A DNA stretch of 64,000 nt from Candidatus Latescibacterota bacterium (GCA_965207885.1 OZ242311.1:1472001-1536000); one strand, 5' to 3'. Counted from the stretch's first letter, positions 10,018 through 19,010 are shown. Translations and numbers: made by a program. Notes: generated by a model from the sequence alone, not told the origin.

Positions 10018-10614
10018 CTAATCCGACGTATCTTCACTCAGTTTTTCTTTTAACTTATCCATCAAGCCTTCAAAAGAAGACCTGCGAATCTCCCGGCGAA
10101 ACTGCGACCGGTTGCTGCGCGCAACACTCAACTCATCGATCACCATATCGAAAATCAACCACTTGTCATCAACGAGATGCAATTTATAGTCAATCGTACT
10201 CGACTCGCGCCTGTAATACACCACCGTCTTGACAACAGCCTGTGTGCTATCAACCTCAACACCCGTATAATCGATCTTTTCCGCTTTCGTATATAACGCG
10301 GGATCGGCGTAATTTTTCTCGATCAACTGCCTGTTCACAACCACAAAATCAGCCCGCTCTTCTTCTGTTCGCGCTGTCCAATCTCGGCCGAGGGACTCCC
10401 GGCTAAATGTTTCAAAATCGAACAACTCACCGACAATAGCTTTAAGCGCAGCGCGCTCTTCAGCTGTATCGCCCCCAGTTTCTGAACGCACAATATCCTG
10501 AATCGCCCGATCGCGGCTCTTTACCATATCGAGCAACGCATCGCCCTGATCAGACGCGCCTGCCACACCCATCAAAACGAGCATCAAAAACGCAGGCATG
10601 AGCAATAAAATCAT
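10018..10614 (-). CDS. MlaC/Ttg2D (HpnM-like) periplasmic lipid-binding protein
   Basis: FDFETFSRESLGRDW, WLIFDMVIDELSVARSNRSQF; signal peptide MILLLMPAFLMLVLMGVAGA. Start moved to ATG 10614 because the track's GTG 10701 lies inside the IS; ATG 10668 is an alternative. Confidence 0.82.
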   Translation of the reverse strand: MILLLMPAFLMLVLMGVAGASDQGDALLDMVKSRDRAIQDIVRSETGGDTAEERAALKAIVGELFDFETFSRESLGRDWTARTEEERADFVVVNRQLIEKNYADPALYTKAEKIDYTGVEVDSTQAVVKTVVYYRRESSTIDYKLHLVDDKWLIFDMVIDELSVARSNRSQFRREIRRSSFEGLMDKLKEKLSEDTSD

Positions 10615-10691
10615 AACATATGGCCTATTAATATCAATAACTTGTTTGCAGACAGTATTTTCATCCATTTTAATATTTTTTTCTCCCAAAG

Positions 10692-11889
10692 CATAGTACA
10701 CGACAAAAAATAAAAGACCTGTGAAAAAAGCTAAAAAGAGTTAGGTTTGAATGTCCCAAGACAAACCTTTCTCATCTTAACAAGGCACAGGTCTATGTCT
10801 CCTGAAACTATTGAACTTCAAACGATTATGCAAGGATATTTTCACTGGCATAAAGCCCGAATAACGTTTACCGCTGCGTTCATATTGTCGCTGATAAAAT
10901 TGCGTAGCGTCAATTTTATGAAACTGGCAAACGCACTCAATGGAACCGTCAAGCAGAAATCTAATTATCGTCGTATCCAACGCTTCTTTGCCCACTTTGC
11001 CTTACCCTATGCGTGTGTGAGACAATTGATCTTGCACTTATTACCTATAAAGTCGGATTTTATAGTCTCAATAGATCGCACCAATTGGAAGTTGGGAAAA
11101 TTCAATATCAACATCCTAACCGCAGGCATTATCTATGAAGGGGTCGCCTTTCCTATCTGTTGGCACTTGTTAAAAAAACGGGGCAATTCCAATAGTGATG
11201 AGCGTATCCATTTGATGCAAGAAATGCTCAACTGCATCTGCAAATCGCATATCCGCGTTGTCGTCGCAGACAGAGAATTTATTGGAAGAGAATGGTTTAG
11301 GTGGTTAGACACACAAAATATACCCTTTGTTATTCGCATCAAGGAAAACGCTCTTGTCTCATCAGGCGGTAGAGAGATCCCCATAAGAAAACGGTTTGAA
11401 AATCTTAATATCCATCAGCAGGTCAACTTGTGCAAACGCCACCGCGTTTATGACCTGCCTGTATATCTGTCTGCACTAAGATTGAAGGACCAATACCTCA
11501 TTCTTGCCAGCAACCAAAAAGGTCAAGCCGCATTGGATACCTATAAAAAACGATGGGGCATTGAAGTCCTTTTTGCCAATCTTAAAAGTCGAGGATTTAA
11601 TCTGGAAGAGACCCATCTTATACATCAAGACCGCATTGAGAAACTCATCGCGCTTTTGGCCATTGCCTGCATCTGGGCGCATATCATCGGCGAATGGATA
11701 GCAAAAACAAATCCTTTGACGATCAAAAATCACGGGCGGATGGAGAAAAGTCTCTTCCGATATGGGTTGGACTATTTGCAGTATGTCCTGCTCAATATAA
11801 ACCAACAAACCCAACAGTTCCTCATATGCATTCGTTTACTGAGTAATCCGCCACTGTTTAAAACAATTTAAGTTTTGTCGTGTACCATG
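10692..11889 (+). mobile_element. Complete IS4-family insertion sequence, 1198 bp
   Basis: IRL CATAGTACACGACAAAA (10692-10708) and IRR TTTTGTCGTGTACCATG (11873-11889), 16/17 match. The 9-bp target duplication CTCCCAAAG is at 10683-10691 and 11890-11898. Confidence 0.95.
10795..11871 (+). CDS. IS4 family DDE transposase
   Basis: IDRTNWK, ADREFIG and YKKRWGIEVLF (YREK-type) motifs; uninterrupted frame; likely start ATG 10795. Confidence 0.93.
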   Translation: MSPETIELQTIMQGYFHWHKARITFTAAFILSLIKLRSVNFMKLANALNGTVKQKSNYRRIQRFFAHFALPYACVRQLILHLLPIKSDFIVSIDRTNWKLGKFNINILTAGIIYEGVAFPICWHLLKKRGNSNSDERIHLMQEMLNCICKSHIRVVVADREFIGREWFRWLDTQNIPFVIRIKENALVSSGGREIPIRKRFENLNIHQQVNLCKRHRVYDLPVYLSALRLKDQYLILASNQKGQAALDTYKKRWGIEVLFANLKSRGFNLEETHLIHQDRIEKLIALLAIACIWAHIIGEWIAKTNPLTIKNHGRMEKSLFRYGLDYLQYVLLNINQQTQQFLICIRLLSNPPLFKTI

Positions 11890-12014
11890 CTCCCAAAGTC
11901 AAGACAACGACAACCTGTCTCAAAAAAAGAGAACAAGAGTATTAACAAAAATAAGAACGCCCTATTTTGCAACAAAATTCTCTAATGATCTTGCAAAAAA
12001 TACCGCGTACAAAC

Positions 12015-12054
12015 AAACTTCTGTTGAAGTTATACACCCCCCCAACAGAAGTTT
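12015..12054 (-). terminator. Stem-loop downstream of the IPCT/DIPPS-like gene
   Basis: Perfect 12-bp inverted repeat AAACTTCTGTTG / CAACAGAAGTTT with a 16-nt loop, 28 nt past the stop. Confidence 0.5.
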
Positions 12055-12082
12055 ATCTCAATTCAAACAGGATTTGCATCAA

Positions 12083-13537
12083 TCAATCCGCTTTCTCTCC
12101 CAGCTTCGCCTCATCCACATTCAAAGCACCACGCGCGCGCAACATCTGTCCGCCAAAGCCAAAAATACCCGCCGTCAACAGCGCCGAACCAATCACGAGA
12201 AACCAGTACATACCCGCAATACTATTGGCGACAGCCAGTGTGCAAAAAAAGGCGGCAAAAAAATCGCGGCGACTCACAAATTTGATCGACATACAAAAAC
12301 GGTGAAACCACCCGCGTTCATTCTCGGGCACATCGCTCGAAAACGCCATATTAAAACTCACAATACTGCCGGACCCCACCAATTTCATATACAGAAAAAT
12401 CAGCAATACACCCAACGCATCGAGAAAAACCATCACACCGCCCAGCAGGGGATAAAATGCCTCACCCGTATATGCGTACATCCCGGCGAGAACCGCCATA
12501 AAAAACACGAGATAGGACATATTATCCGCCAGCGTATCGACCCACTCGCCCAGGCGAGAACCCATAAATTTTAATTTGGCAATCTCGCCATCGCACCCAT
12601 CTACAATAGACGCAAACTGAAACAACAGCCCGCCCAGAGCCAGATGCAAATAACTCGTACTCCCCTTAAAAACCAGCCAGGCCGATAGAAAACTCAACAA
12701 CATCGTCGCAATCGACAACTGGTTTGGCGTAACAGGTGTATGCACGAGCAGGCGAGAAATGCGCGTGGAAATTTTGCGATTGAAATAGCGCGAAACAAAA
12801 CCATCGCTCGGCTTGCCGAGCCTGCGAAACAGCTCCTGCTCGGCGTGGACATGCGCCTCGGGCGTATCCACATCGAGCCAAAACGCGCCATCGATATCCG
12901 CAGTGCGCATACTGCCTCTCTCAGCCAAAACGCGAATCCCTCCCGACAATGACCCCTCGCCCTCTGCAATAGACTGCTCGAGCGCGCCAAACAAAAAAGG
13001 ACTGCACAGAAAAATTCCCGTATCCACCGCATTGAAATCGGCCAACTCTTTTCCAATTTTGACCACGCGATGATTCTGCGTCATCACCTTCGTGGCATCT
13101 TCCATATCAAAAATACCATCGAGACCTGTATCGACACACAGCACAGCTTCATCCCGACCAACCGGCATACGACGCAATTTGACCAGTATCTCGGGATCAA
13201 ACAGATGATCGGACATCAAAAGAATAAACGACTCATCGACATATTCCCTGGCACTCAATACCGACACCCCATTGCCGCGCGCCCATTCCTTATTTTGAAC
13301 CCAGTTAATCGCCACATCCGAAAGCTGCGGATCATCGGCAAGGGCGTGCATAATCTCCTGGCACCGATACCCAACCACAACCACAAACTCCGAAATGCCC
13401 GCGCGCATAGCCGACAAAATCGTGCGCTTGAGCAATGGCACGCCAGCCAGAGGCACGAGAGGCTTGGGCAAATCCGCCCCATAACCTCTCAACCGACTGC
13501 CCATACCGGCGGCAATAATTACAGCTTTATTCACCAT
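12083..13537 (-). CDS. Bifunctional NTP-transferase / CDP-alcohol phosphotransferase (IPCT/DIPPS-like)
   Basis: N-terminal AAGMGSRL, PKPL, GNGVS, MSDHLF, DATKV, VDTGIF and WLDVDTPE; C-terminal DGFVSRYFNRKIS, TPNQLS and DGCDGEIAK...GEWVDTLAD. Start set at MVNKAVIIAAG. Confidence 0.88.
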   Translation of the reverse strand: MVNKAVIIAAGMGSRLRGYGADLPKPLVPLAGVPLLKRTILSAMRAGISEFVVVVGYRCQEIMHALADDPQLSDVAINWVQNKEWARGNGVSVLSAREYVDESFILLMSDHLFDPEILVKLRRMPVGRDEAVLCVDTGLDGIFDMEDATKVMTQNHRVVKIGKELADFNAVDTGIFLCSPFLFGALEQSIAEGEGSLSGGIRVLAERGSMRTADIDGAFWLDVDTPEAHVHAEQELFRRLGKPSDGFVSRYFNRKISTRISRLLVHTPVTPNQLSIATMLLSFLSAWLVFKGSTSYLHLALGGLLFQFASIVDGCDGEIAKLKFMGSRLGEWVDTLADNMSYLVFFMAVLAGMYAYTGEAFYPLLGGVMVFLDALGVLLIFLYMKLVGSGSIVSFNMAFSSDVPENERGWFHRFCMSIKFVSRRDFFAAFFCTLAVANSIAGMYWFLVIGSALLTAGIFGFGGQMLRARGALNVDEAKLGEKAD

Positions 13538-13571
13538 AACTTCTACAACCTTTCTCAATATCCCAAGCAAT

Positions 13572-14888
13572 TTACAAAAGACTGCGTCCAACAGCCCGTT
13601 GTAATCGCGCCCAGGACCGGTTAAAATTGAACACTGCTTCGTAATATTTGGCGCGAATAACACCGTACTCTTTTGCAGCATCGATCATATCCGATGCATC
13701 TTCAAGCCCGGCATTAAACCCATCGCGAACCGATATAAACCACCGGCGGGTCGCCCGCCGCGCCGTGCTGGCAGCCGCCATATTTTTCTGTGCCTCGATC
13801 AACTCGCGGTAAATCTTCTCAATTTCAATTGCCACGCCTTTCTCGGCCAGTTGTTTTTGATACAACAACTTCTGATATTCCAAACTCGCTTTCCGCGCCT
13901 TCGCCGACGTAAGCCCAAATGACAGCGACTGCCGAACACCTATCACCGCCCCTGCCTGCAAAATATTGAAATCATCTCTGGCAAAAGGACTTGTCTGATC
14001 GTCGCGGTTTGGTGCGTAACCATACTTAAATTGACCCGCAATAAATATCTGGGGATACTGCTCGCCTTTTGCCACCTGCATTAGAGATTCACGCACCTGT
14101 ACGACAGCCTGTAACTGCTGCATATCCTCGCGCGCTCCCGCGCGGTTGAGATAAAACTCAAGCGGCTCAATCTCCACATCAACCGGTGTTAAAGGACCCG
14201 CAAGAGCCAGTGAATCCCCTTCACTCAACCCCAGAAGCAGGCGCAGGGCAGACTCGGCAAGCGCTTTTGTTTTCGCCGCCTCGTGTACTTTTTCGCGCAC
14301 ATCAAAGGCAAACCGATCAATGCGATTCAGATCGGCATACGTAAAATCGCCTTCCTCTGCCTCCAGCTTCTCCGACACAAAATCGCGCGCCGTTTGAAAG
14401 TCACTTTGTGCCTCCAATGCCAGTGCCCACAAATCCTGCGTCAGTTGCAACCCAAAATACACCTCGGCAACCTGAAGCTCCAGATCGCCCCGCGCTTTTC
14501 GCAGCCCCGCCTGCTGAGCCGTCATCCCTGCCATAGCCGCTGCTTTGGCTCCGGATAAATAACCGAATGTAAACAGAGGTTGCACAACCGTGGCCTCTGT
14601 ACGCGTAAAAATACTCAAATGACTCAGCATGGTATTGCCAGTGAGCGCGTCACCGCGCGCCTCGGGCGAAGGACCAATAACAGACCGCAGTTCAAACTGC
14701 GGCAAAAAGCGGATGGCATTTGCTTGATCTAATTGCGCCCGCGCAATATCGACATCAACCGCTGCTGCACGCACGCCGGGATGCACACGCATCGCCTGTG
14801 CAATACTCGCGGACAAATCATACGTTTCGGCGCGAAGAGAATGCACACAGAGAAAAATCCCAAAAAAGGACACACACAGCCTGAACAT
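13572..14888 (-). CDS. TolC-family outer membrane efflux protein
   Basis: Signal peptide, two OEP repeats (FLPQFEL...VVQPLFTFG; QYPQIFIAG...) and helical C-terminus ARLQRAVG. Confidence 0.88.
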   Translation of the reverse strand: MFRLCVSFFGIFLCVHSLRAETYDLSASIAQAMRVHPGVRAAAVDVDIARAQLDQANAIRFLPQFELRSVIGPSPEARGDALTGNTMLSHLSIFTRTEATVVQPLFTFGYLSGAKAAAMAGMTAQQAGLRKARGDLELQVAEVYFGLQLTQDLWALALEAQSDFQTARDFVSEKLEAEEGDFTYADLNRIDRFAFDVREKVHEAAKTKALAESALRLLLGLSEGDSLALAGPLTPVDVEIEPLEFYLNRAGAREDMQQLQAVVQVRESLMQVAKGEQYPQIFIAGQFKYGYAPNRDDQTSPFARDDFNILQAGAVIGVRQSLSFGLTSAKARKASLEYQKLLYQKQLAEKGVAIEIEKIYRELIEAQKNMAAASTARRATRRWFISVRDGFNAGLEDASDMIDAAKEYGVIRAKYYEAVFNFNRSWARLQRAVGRSLL

Positions 14889-15037
14889 GTGTGAAAAAAA
14901 ACCACACCTGTTGCAATTGAACAACACAACCCCCTGGACTCCGGCGAAAAACTTCAGAAACATAAAAATCTATATCTATATTAAACAAATAGTTAAAAAA
15001 AGACCATGCAAACAGGCACAAAATATCTCTCTATATA

Positions 15038-15053
15038 AGCGAAATCCGTGCCA
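15038..15053 (-). promoter_or_regulatory. Putative sigma54 (-24/-12) promoter of the tolC operon
   Basis: Minus strand reads TGGCACGGATTTCGCT, with exact GG-N10-GC spacing. Confidence 0.6.
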
Positions 15054-15066
15054 CCGTTAAATATAC

Positions 15067-15092
15067 AAAAAAACCGGACAAAAGTCCGGGTT
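15067..15092 (-). terminator. Rho-independent terminator
   Basis: Minus strand CCGGAC-TTTT-GTCCGG followed by a T-run. Confidence 0.65.
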
Positions 15093-15130
15093 AGCTATAC
15101 TAACGTTTTCATCCGCAAGAAGTTCCCCTC
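15083..15130. repeat. 48-bp direct repeat, left copy (island boundary)
   Basis: AGTCCGGGTTAGCTATACTAACGTTTTCATCCGCAAGAAGTTCCCCTC; 46/48 identical to 21135-21182. Confidence 0.95.
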
Positions 15131-15202
15131 CTGTGCGGCGGTGTGGAAGATCTCCGGAAACCTCAGGTCGTAGCAGATCCCCACACCGAAGGTCCAGCCT
15201 TG
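15125..15202 (-). pseudogene. Fragment of a carbon-nitrogen hydrolase (nitrilase family) gene
   Basis: Hand translation gives QGWTFGVGICYDLRFPEIFHTAAQEG, containing the catalytic-Cys motif ICYDLRFPE; it has no start or natural end. Confidence 0.75.
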
Positions 15203-15275
15203 CGGAATCAATCAGTTATAAAGGTTTCGAACTGTTGACAGAGTTGGTCGTAATGAGATGGCGTATCTGTCTTGG

Positions 15276-16142
15276 TCAGGGCCCTATATCTTCCACGATT
15301 TGCAGTTCGGCAGTATCCACTTCGCTGGCTCCGAAATATCCCAATGCATATCGCTGGGGATTGGTCAGATTCTCTATGTTGCCCCTAATTAACGCCGCAG
15401 GCGTAGGGAAGAGGGGATCTTGCCCTGTCTGCTCGAAGAGCTGGAAGTAATATTCAAAGGCCTCTTTCGATAAGGAGAGCTGTCTCACGAGAACCAACTG
15501 ATCCGATTTTACCGTGGCTTCTTGGTTGGGTTCGAAACCGATGACTTTCTCTCCGTCAAAAAACTCATCCGATCCGACAAAGTTGAGCGAATTACCAGGA
15601 TCGGGCTCTGCCTGCAGTACGCCGTCCGCGAATTGCTCCCACAAATAGTAATCTTCGCGACCCGGGACGTCTTGATAGTCGATCTTTACTCGAATGCCTC
15701 CGTCCTCGAACGAATTGGCCTTCTCAAATTGCTGGTAGATCGAGTCGATGGGCGAGACGGGAAGTAGTATTTCGACTGCTCGATAGGATTCGCCGTTAAG
15801 GTCAATTTCAAGGGTGTAGGTCCTGCCAACTTCTGGCCGCATGTCCCTGTTTTCGTACATGCCGGCTTGGCGCGAGGACTCAGCGAAGAGGTAGGTGGTG
15901 CCCTCATCGTCGCGTACGATCACCTCTGCTCCGCTGACCACAGGTGTGGATTCATTGCTGAAATAGGGGGCTGTGGTAGACAATCTGATTGACTGCGCGA
16001 CTTCGCGATCATCTTGGTAGCGCTCGATGCGACCTTCAACGACGAGTCGTTCTGGTCCTTCTTCTACATCGATATTGACGACTCTCTCACATCCCATGAG
16101 CACGGGAACTGACAGCCAGACGGCGATTAGTATGTTTTTCAT
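15276..16142 (-). CDS. DUF4249-family lipoprotein
   Basis: Lipobox-like MKNILIAVWLSVPVLMGC; RLVVEG, LSKEAFEYY and GNIEN...ALGYFGAS motifs; directly downstream of a TBDR. Confidence 0.85.
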   Translation of the reverse strand: MKNILIAVWLSVPVLMGCERVVNIDVEEGPERLVVEGRIERYQDDREVAQSIRLSTTAPYFSNESTPVVSGAEVIVRDDEGTTYLFAESSRQAGMYENRDMRPEVGRTYTLEIDLNGESYRAVEILLPVSPIDSIYQQFEKANSFEDGGIRVKIDYQDVPGREDYYLWEQFADGVLQAEPDPGNSLNFVGSDEFFDGEKVIGFEPNQEATVKSDQLVLVRQLSLSKEAFEYYFQLFEQTGQDPLFPTPAALIRGNIENLTNPQRYALGYFGASEVDTAELQIVEDIGP

Positions 16143-16144
16143 AT

Positions 16145-18508
16145 TTAGAATTTCCGGTTGTAGGTTATGCTGGGCAGGATTCCGAAAAGGGATATTTGTA
16201 CGGCTTCGGTGACAAGCTTGTCCTTCTCGTTTTGCCGCACGCTGAGTGAGGCGGAGTTGCGTCGGTTGTACACGTTGTAGATGGTAAAGGCCCAACTGTT
16301 TTCATTGGCTGTCGTGTAGGTCAGTCCCAGATCCAGGCGGTGATAGGCTGGCAGGCGAGCCCCATGGCGAGTCTCGTACTGAGGAACAATAAAATTGGCG
16401 AATTCGTAGCGGCTGGCCGGGAGGGTGGAGGGCGTACCTGTGGCAAGGACGAGATTCGTCGATAGCGACCAGCGGGGTTTGAGCGCGTATACCGTTGTCA
16501 GGGTCAGGTCGTGTGTCTTGTCGTTGCTGGCTGGATAGTACCTCCCGTTGTTGATGCCCGGATCGCCGTTACCTAGTCCGGGGACTTGTCGCTCGGTGCG
16601 CGACCACGTGTACCCCAACCAACCGGTTAATTGTCCGGTGCGCTTGCGCACCATCAGCTCTACGCCGTAGGAACGGCCTCCGCCCTTTAGTAGCTCGGTT
16701 TCCAGGTTGTTGTTGACGGTCAGGTCGGATCCGTCAACGTAGTCGATCTGGTTGTTCATCTTCTTATAATAGGCTTCGATCGAGGCTTCGTACGTGTTGT
16801 CCTGGAGATTTCGGAAGTAGCCGATGGCGATCTGGTCCGCTGTTTGCGGCTCAACAAAAGGTCCGCTGGGCCTCCAGATGTCCAATGGCTGGGATGCGGT
16901 AGTATTGGAGATGAGGTGGATATACTGCCGGATGCGATTGTAGCTCACCTTGATCGAGCTGGACTCTGTCAAGGACCATCGTGCCGACGCTCGGGGCTCC
17001 AGACCAGCAAAGCTCTGTATGTTTTCCCTCTCCCCAAACGAGATGACGCTATCGACCACGCCCGCTTCGTACCGGCCCAGGGTCTCGTTGTAGACGATGG
17101 GTTGATCATCGCGATAGGCGGGAAGGTCCTGGGCACCCTGACGTCTGAACGCCGAGAGACGCAACCCATATTGGAGGGAGATAAAGTCGGTGAGTTGATG
17201 GTCCAGGCTGAGGTACGCGCCTGGCTCTATGGCGTTCTGTTGATCCAGTTCCGTTGGCACAACAGAGGACGCTTTCCCAATGGGTTTGATGGTGCCGGGG
17301 GTAAAGCTGTAATGGATGGTACTCGCGCCGAAGTTGACCGCATTTCCTTCGCTCAGTGAGTAGGAGAAATCCGCTTTGAGCTTGTAGTTGGTTATGTGTG
17401 ATAACCAATTGTGTTCCGCGCCTGCTGTGAATGTATCGCTATCGTAGCTGTACCTGCTGAATACTCCCGTGAAATTCGCGAAGAGTCGCCGGCTGAAGAG
17501 GTTCCATCGGATGGTGGCTGTGGTATTCCCCCACGCGTTGCCGAAGATGTCCGCTACTTTGAACGCGTCTCTGCCACGATAGCCCGAGACAAAGAGCCGG
17601 TTGTTGTCGTTGATATTGTAGTTGCCTTTGAAGTTGACGTCGTAGAAGTGGGCGGTGCTCTTGTCACTGCTAAACGCGTTGTAGAAGATGTCGCCGTATG
17701 AACGGCGAGCGGCGATCACGTAGGATCCGCGACCGTTGGCGACCGGTCCTTCAAGGAGCAGCCGCCCCGAGAGGATGCCTATTCCCACTTTGCCGCGGAA
17801 CTCTTTGGCATTGCCCTCCTTTTGTCGCACATCCAGCACTGAAGACAAGCGTCCCCCATATTGCGCTGGAATACCGCCTTTGTAGATCTTGATATCTTTG
17901 GTGATGTCAGCATTGAAAACTGAGAAGAAGCCGAAGAGATGAGCGGCGTTATAGACGATGGCTTCGTCGAGTAGGACGAGATTCTGATCTGCTGCGCCAC
18001 CGCGCACGTTGAAGCCCGCAGCCCCTTCGCGTACGGTCGTCACTCCCGGCAACAGTTGTATTGCTTGTACCACGTCTGCTTCGCCCAATACAGCTGGCGT
18101 GCGCTGTACTGTCTGTATGTCCAACTCGGCTGCGCTCATTTCGATCGATTCGACATTCTTATCGGCTTGGTGTGCGCTCACAGCGATCTGCCCCAGTTCG
18201 ATGACGGCTACCCCCAATTCGATGTTGAGCACTTGATCCTGATGCGGGTCTGTCGTGCGCACGATTGATTCGTAGCCGATGAGGCTAAAGCTGATTTCAT
18301 GAGCTCCTGCTGGCAGTCGTAGCGAGTAATGCCCATAGGCATTCGTGATTGTACCCACCTGAAGGGTCGTTACAACGACATTGACGCCCGGTAGGGCTTC
18401 GCCGTCGGCCGCATCTTTGATTTGGCCGCTAACGGTGAGTGTCTCCTGAGCTGGGCTGTTTGTGATTGTCGTGAGCAGCAGACAAGCTGTTAGGAAGGAC
18501 TTGTGCAT
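16145..18508 (-). CDS. TonB-dependent receptor with N-terminal carboxypeptidase-regulatory-like domain
   Basis: GEALPGVNV, LPGV...FNVRGGAADQNLVLLDE, KGGIPAQYGGRLSSV, RLPAYHRLD and a terminal aromatic residue (YNRKF). Confidence 0.93.
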   Translation of the reverse strand: MHKSFLTACLLLTTITNSPAQETLTVSGQIKDAADGEALPGVNVVVTTLQVGTITNAYGHYSLRLPAGAHEISFSLIGYESIVRTTDPHQDQVLNIELGVAVIELGQIAVSAHQADKNVESIEMSAAELDIQTVQRTPAVLGEADVVQAIQLLPGVTTVREGAAGFNVRGGAADQNLVLLDEAIVYNAAHLFGFFSVFNADITKDIKIYKGGIPAQYGGRLSSVLDVRQKEGNAKEFRGKVGIGILSGRLLLEGPVANGRGSYVIAARRSYGDIFYNAFSSDKSTAHFYDVNFKGNYNINDNNRLFVSGYRGRDAFKVADIFGNAWGNTTATIRWNLFSRRLFANFTGVFSRYSYDSDTFTAGAEHNWLSHITNYKLKADFSYSLSEGNAVNFGASTIHYSFTPGTIKPIGKASSVVPTELDQQNAIEPGAYLSLDHQLTDFISLQYGLRLSAFRRQGAQDLPAYRDDQPIVYNETLGRYEAGVVDSVISFGERENIQSFAGLEPRASARWSLTESSSIKVSYNRIRQYIHLISNTTASQPLDIWRPSGPFVEPQTADQIAIGYFRNLQDNTYEASIEAYYKKMNNQIDYVDGSDLTVNNNLETELLKGGGRSYGVELMVRKRTGQLTGWLGYTWSRTERQVPGLGNGDPGINNGRYYPASNDKTHDLTLTTVYALKPRWSLSTNLVLATGTPSTLPASRYEFANFIVPQYETRHGARLPAYHRLDLGLTYTTANENSWAFTIYNVYNRRNSASLSVRQNEKDKLVTEAVQISLFGILPSITYNRKF

Positions 18509-18662
18509 AGGTTCTTTCCTTTCCTGGTTAATAGTACATGTATATGCGTCAAAGCCTTCTCGGTGACCATCACAAGGATTGTGTATTGCACAGTGCAGTG
18601 GTCATCTGACGAGCGGCACAACTAATACTACGGTCCGGCTGTTAACTGAGGATTGCTGCTGG

Positions 18663-18677
18663 GTAACGAATTGTAAC
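18663..18677. promoter_or_regulatory. GTAAC-N5-GTAAC tandem box, putative OmpR/CpxR-type operator of the TBDR
   Basis: GTAACgaattGTAAC, 155 nt upstream of the TBDR start; the same box occurs upstream of the RR. Confidence 0.6.
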
Positions 18678-18829
18678 AAGATGTGAACGGTGTGAGCGTT
18701 GTGGACGCACGAGTATTTCGTGCTTAGGCAGTCTTTGTCTTGCCTCAAGCGAGGATGGTAGAGGGATGCTGTTATGAGAAGCTATTTGGGGGCGCGTAGA
18801 TGCGCCCTCATTGGGGGAATCTACCTATT

Positions 18830-19010
18830 ATATAGAGGACTCGGTTCGAGAGGAATCGGCGGACATGGTGGCCCGGCACGCCCCGGAGATTTCGCCCTGT
18901 TACGAAGTCGATGACCGCCGCTGTGGTCCCTGGATCCCACTCGATATCGACGTATCTCCGTTCGACAACTCGGGCACCGACAAAGAGGGGGTGTGGTCAC
19001 GGATTCAGGG
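18830..19010 (+). pseudogene. IS1380-family transposase remnant fused to a probable IS terminus
   Basis: Peptide ...WIPLDIDVSPFDNSGTDKEGV (IS1380-type catalytic region) is followed immediately by TCACGGATTCAGG(G), which resembles IS1380 ends. Confidence 0.65.

Noticed and set aside
10669-10701. GTG 10701 start for the MlaC-like gene
   Set aside because: It lies inside the IS left inverted repeat and is an artefact of the insertion.
13538-13681. Extended start of the 12083..13681 ORF
   Set aside because: It overlaps tolC by more than 100 nt; homology begins at MVNKAVIIAAG (13537).
15083-15130. 48-bp repeat as a tRNA/tmRNA 3' end or CRISPR repeat; the minus strand can read ADENVSIA, loosely like a tmRNA tag
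   Set aside because: No cloverleaf, T-arm or CCA end and no tmRNA termini nearby; only two copies 6 kb apart and no cas genes.
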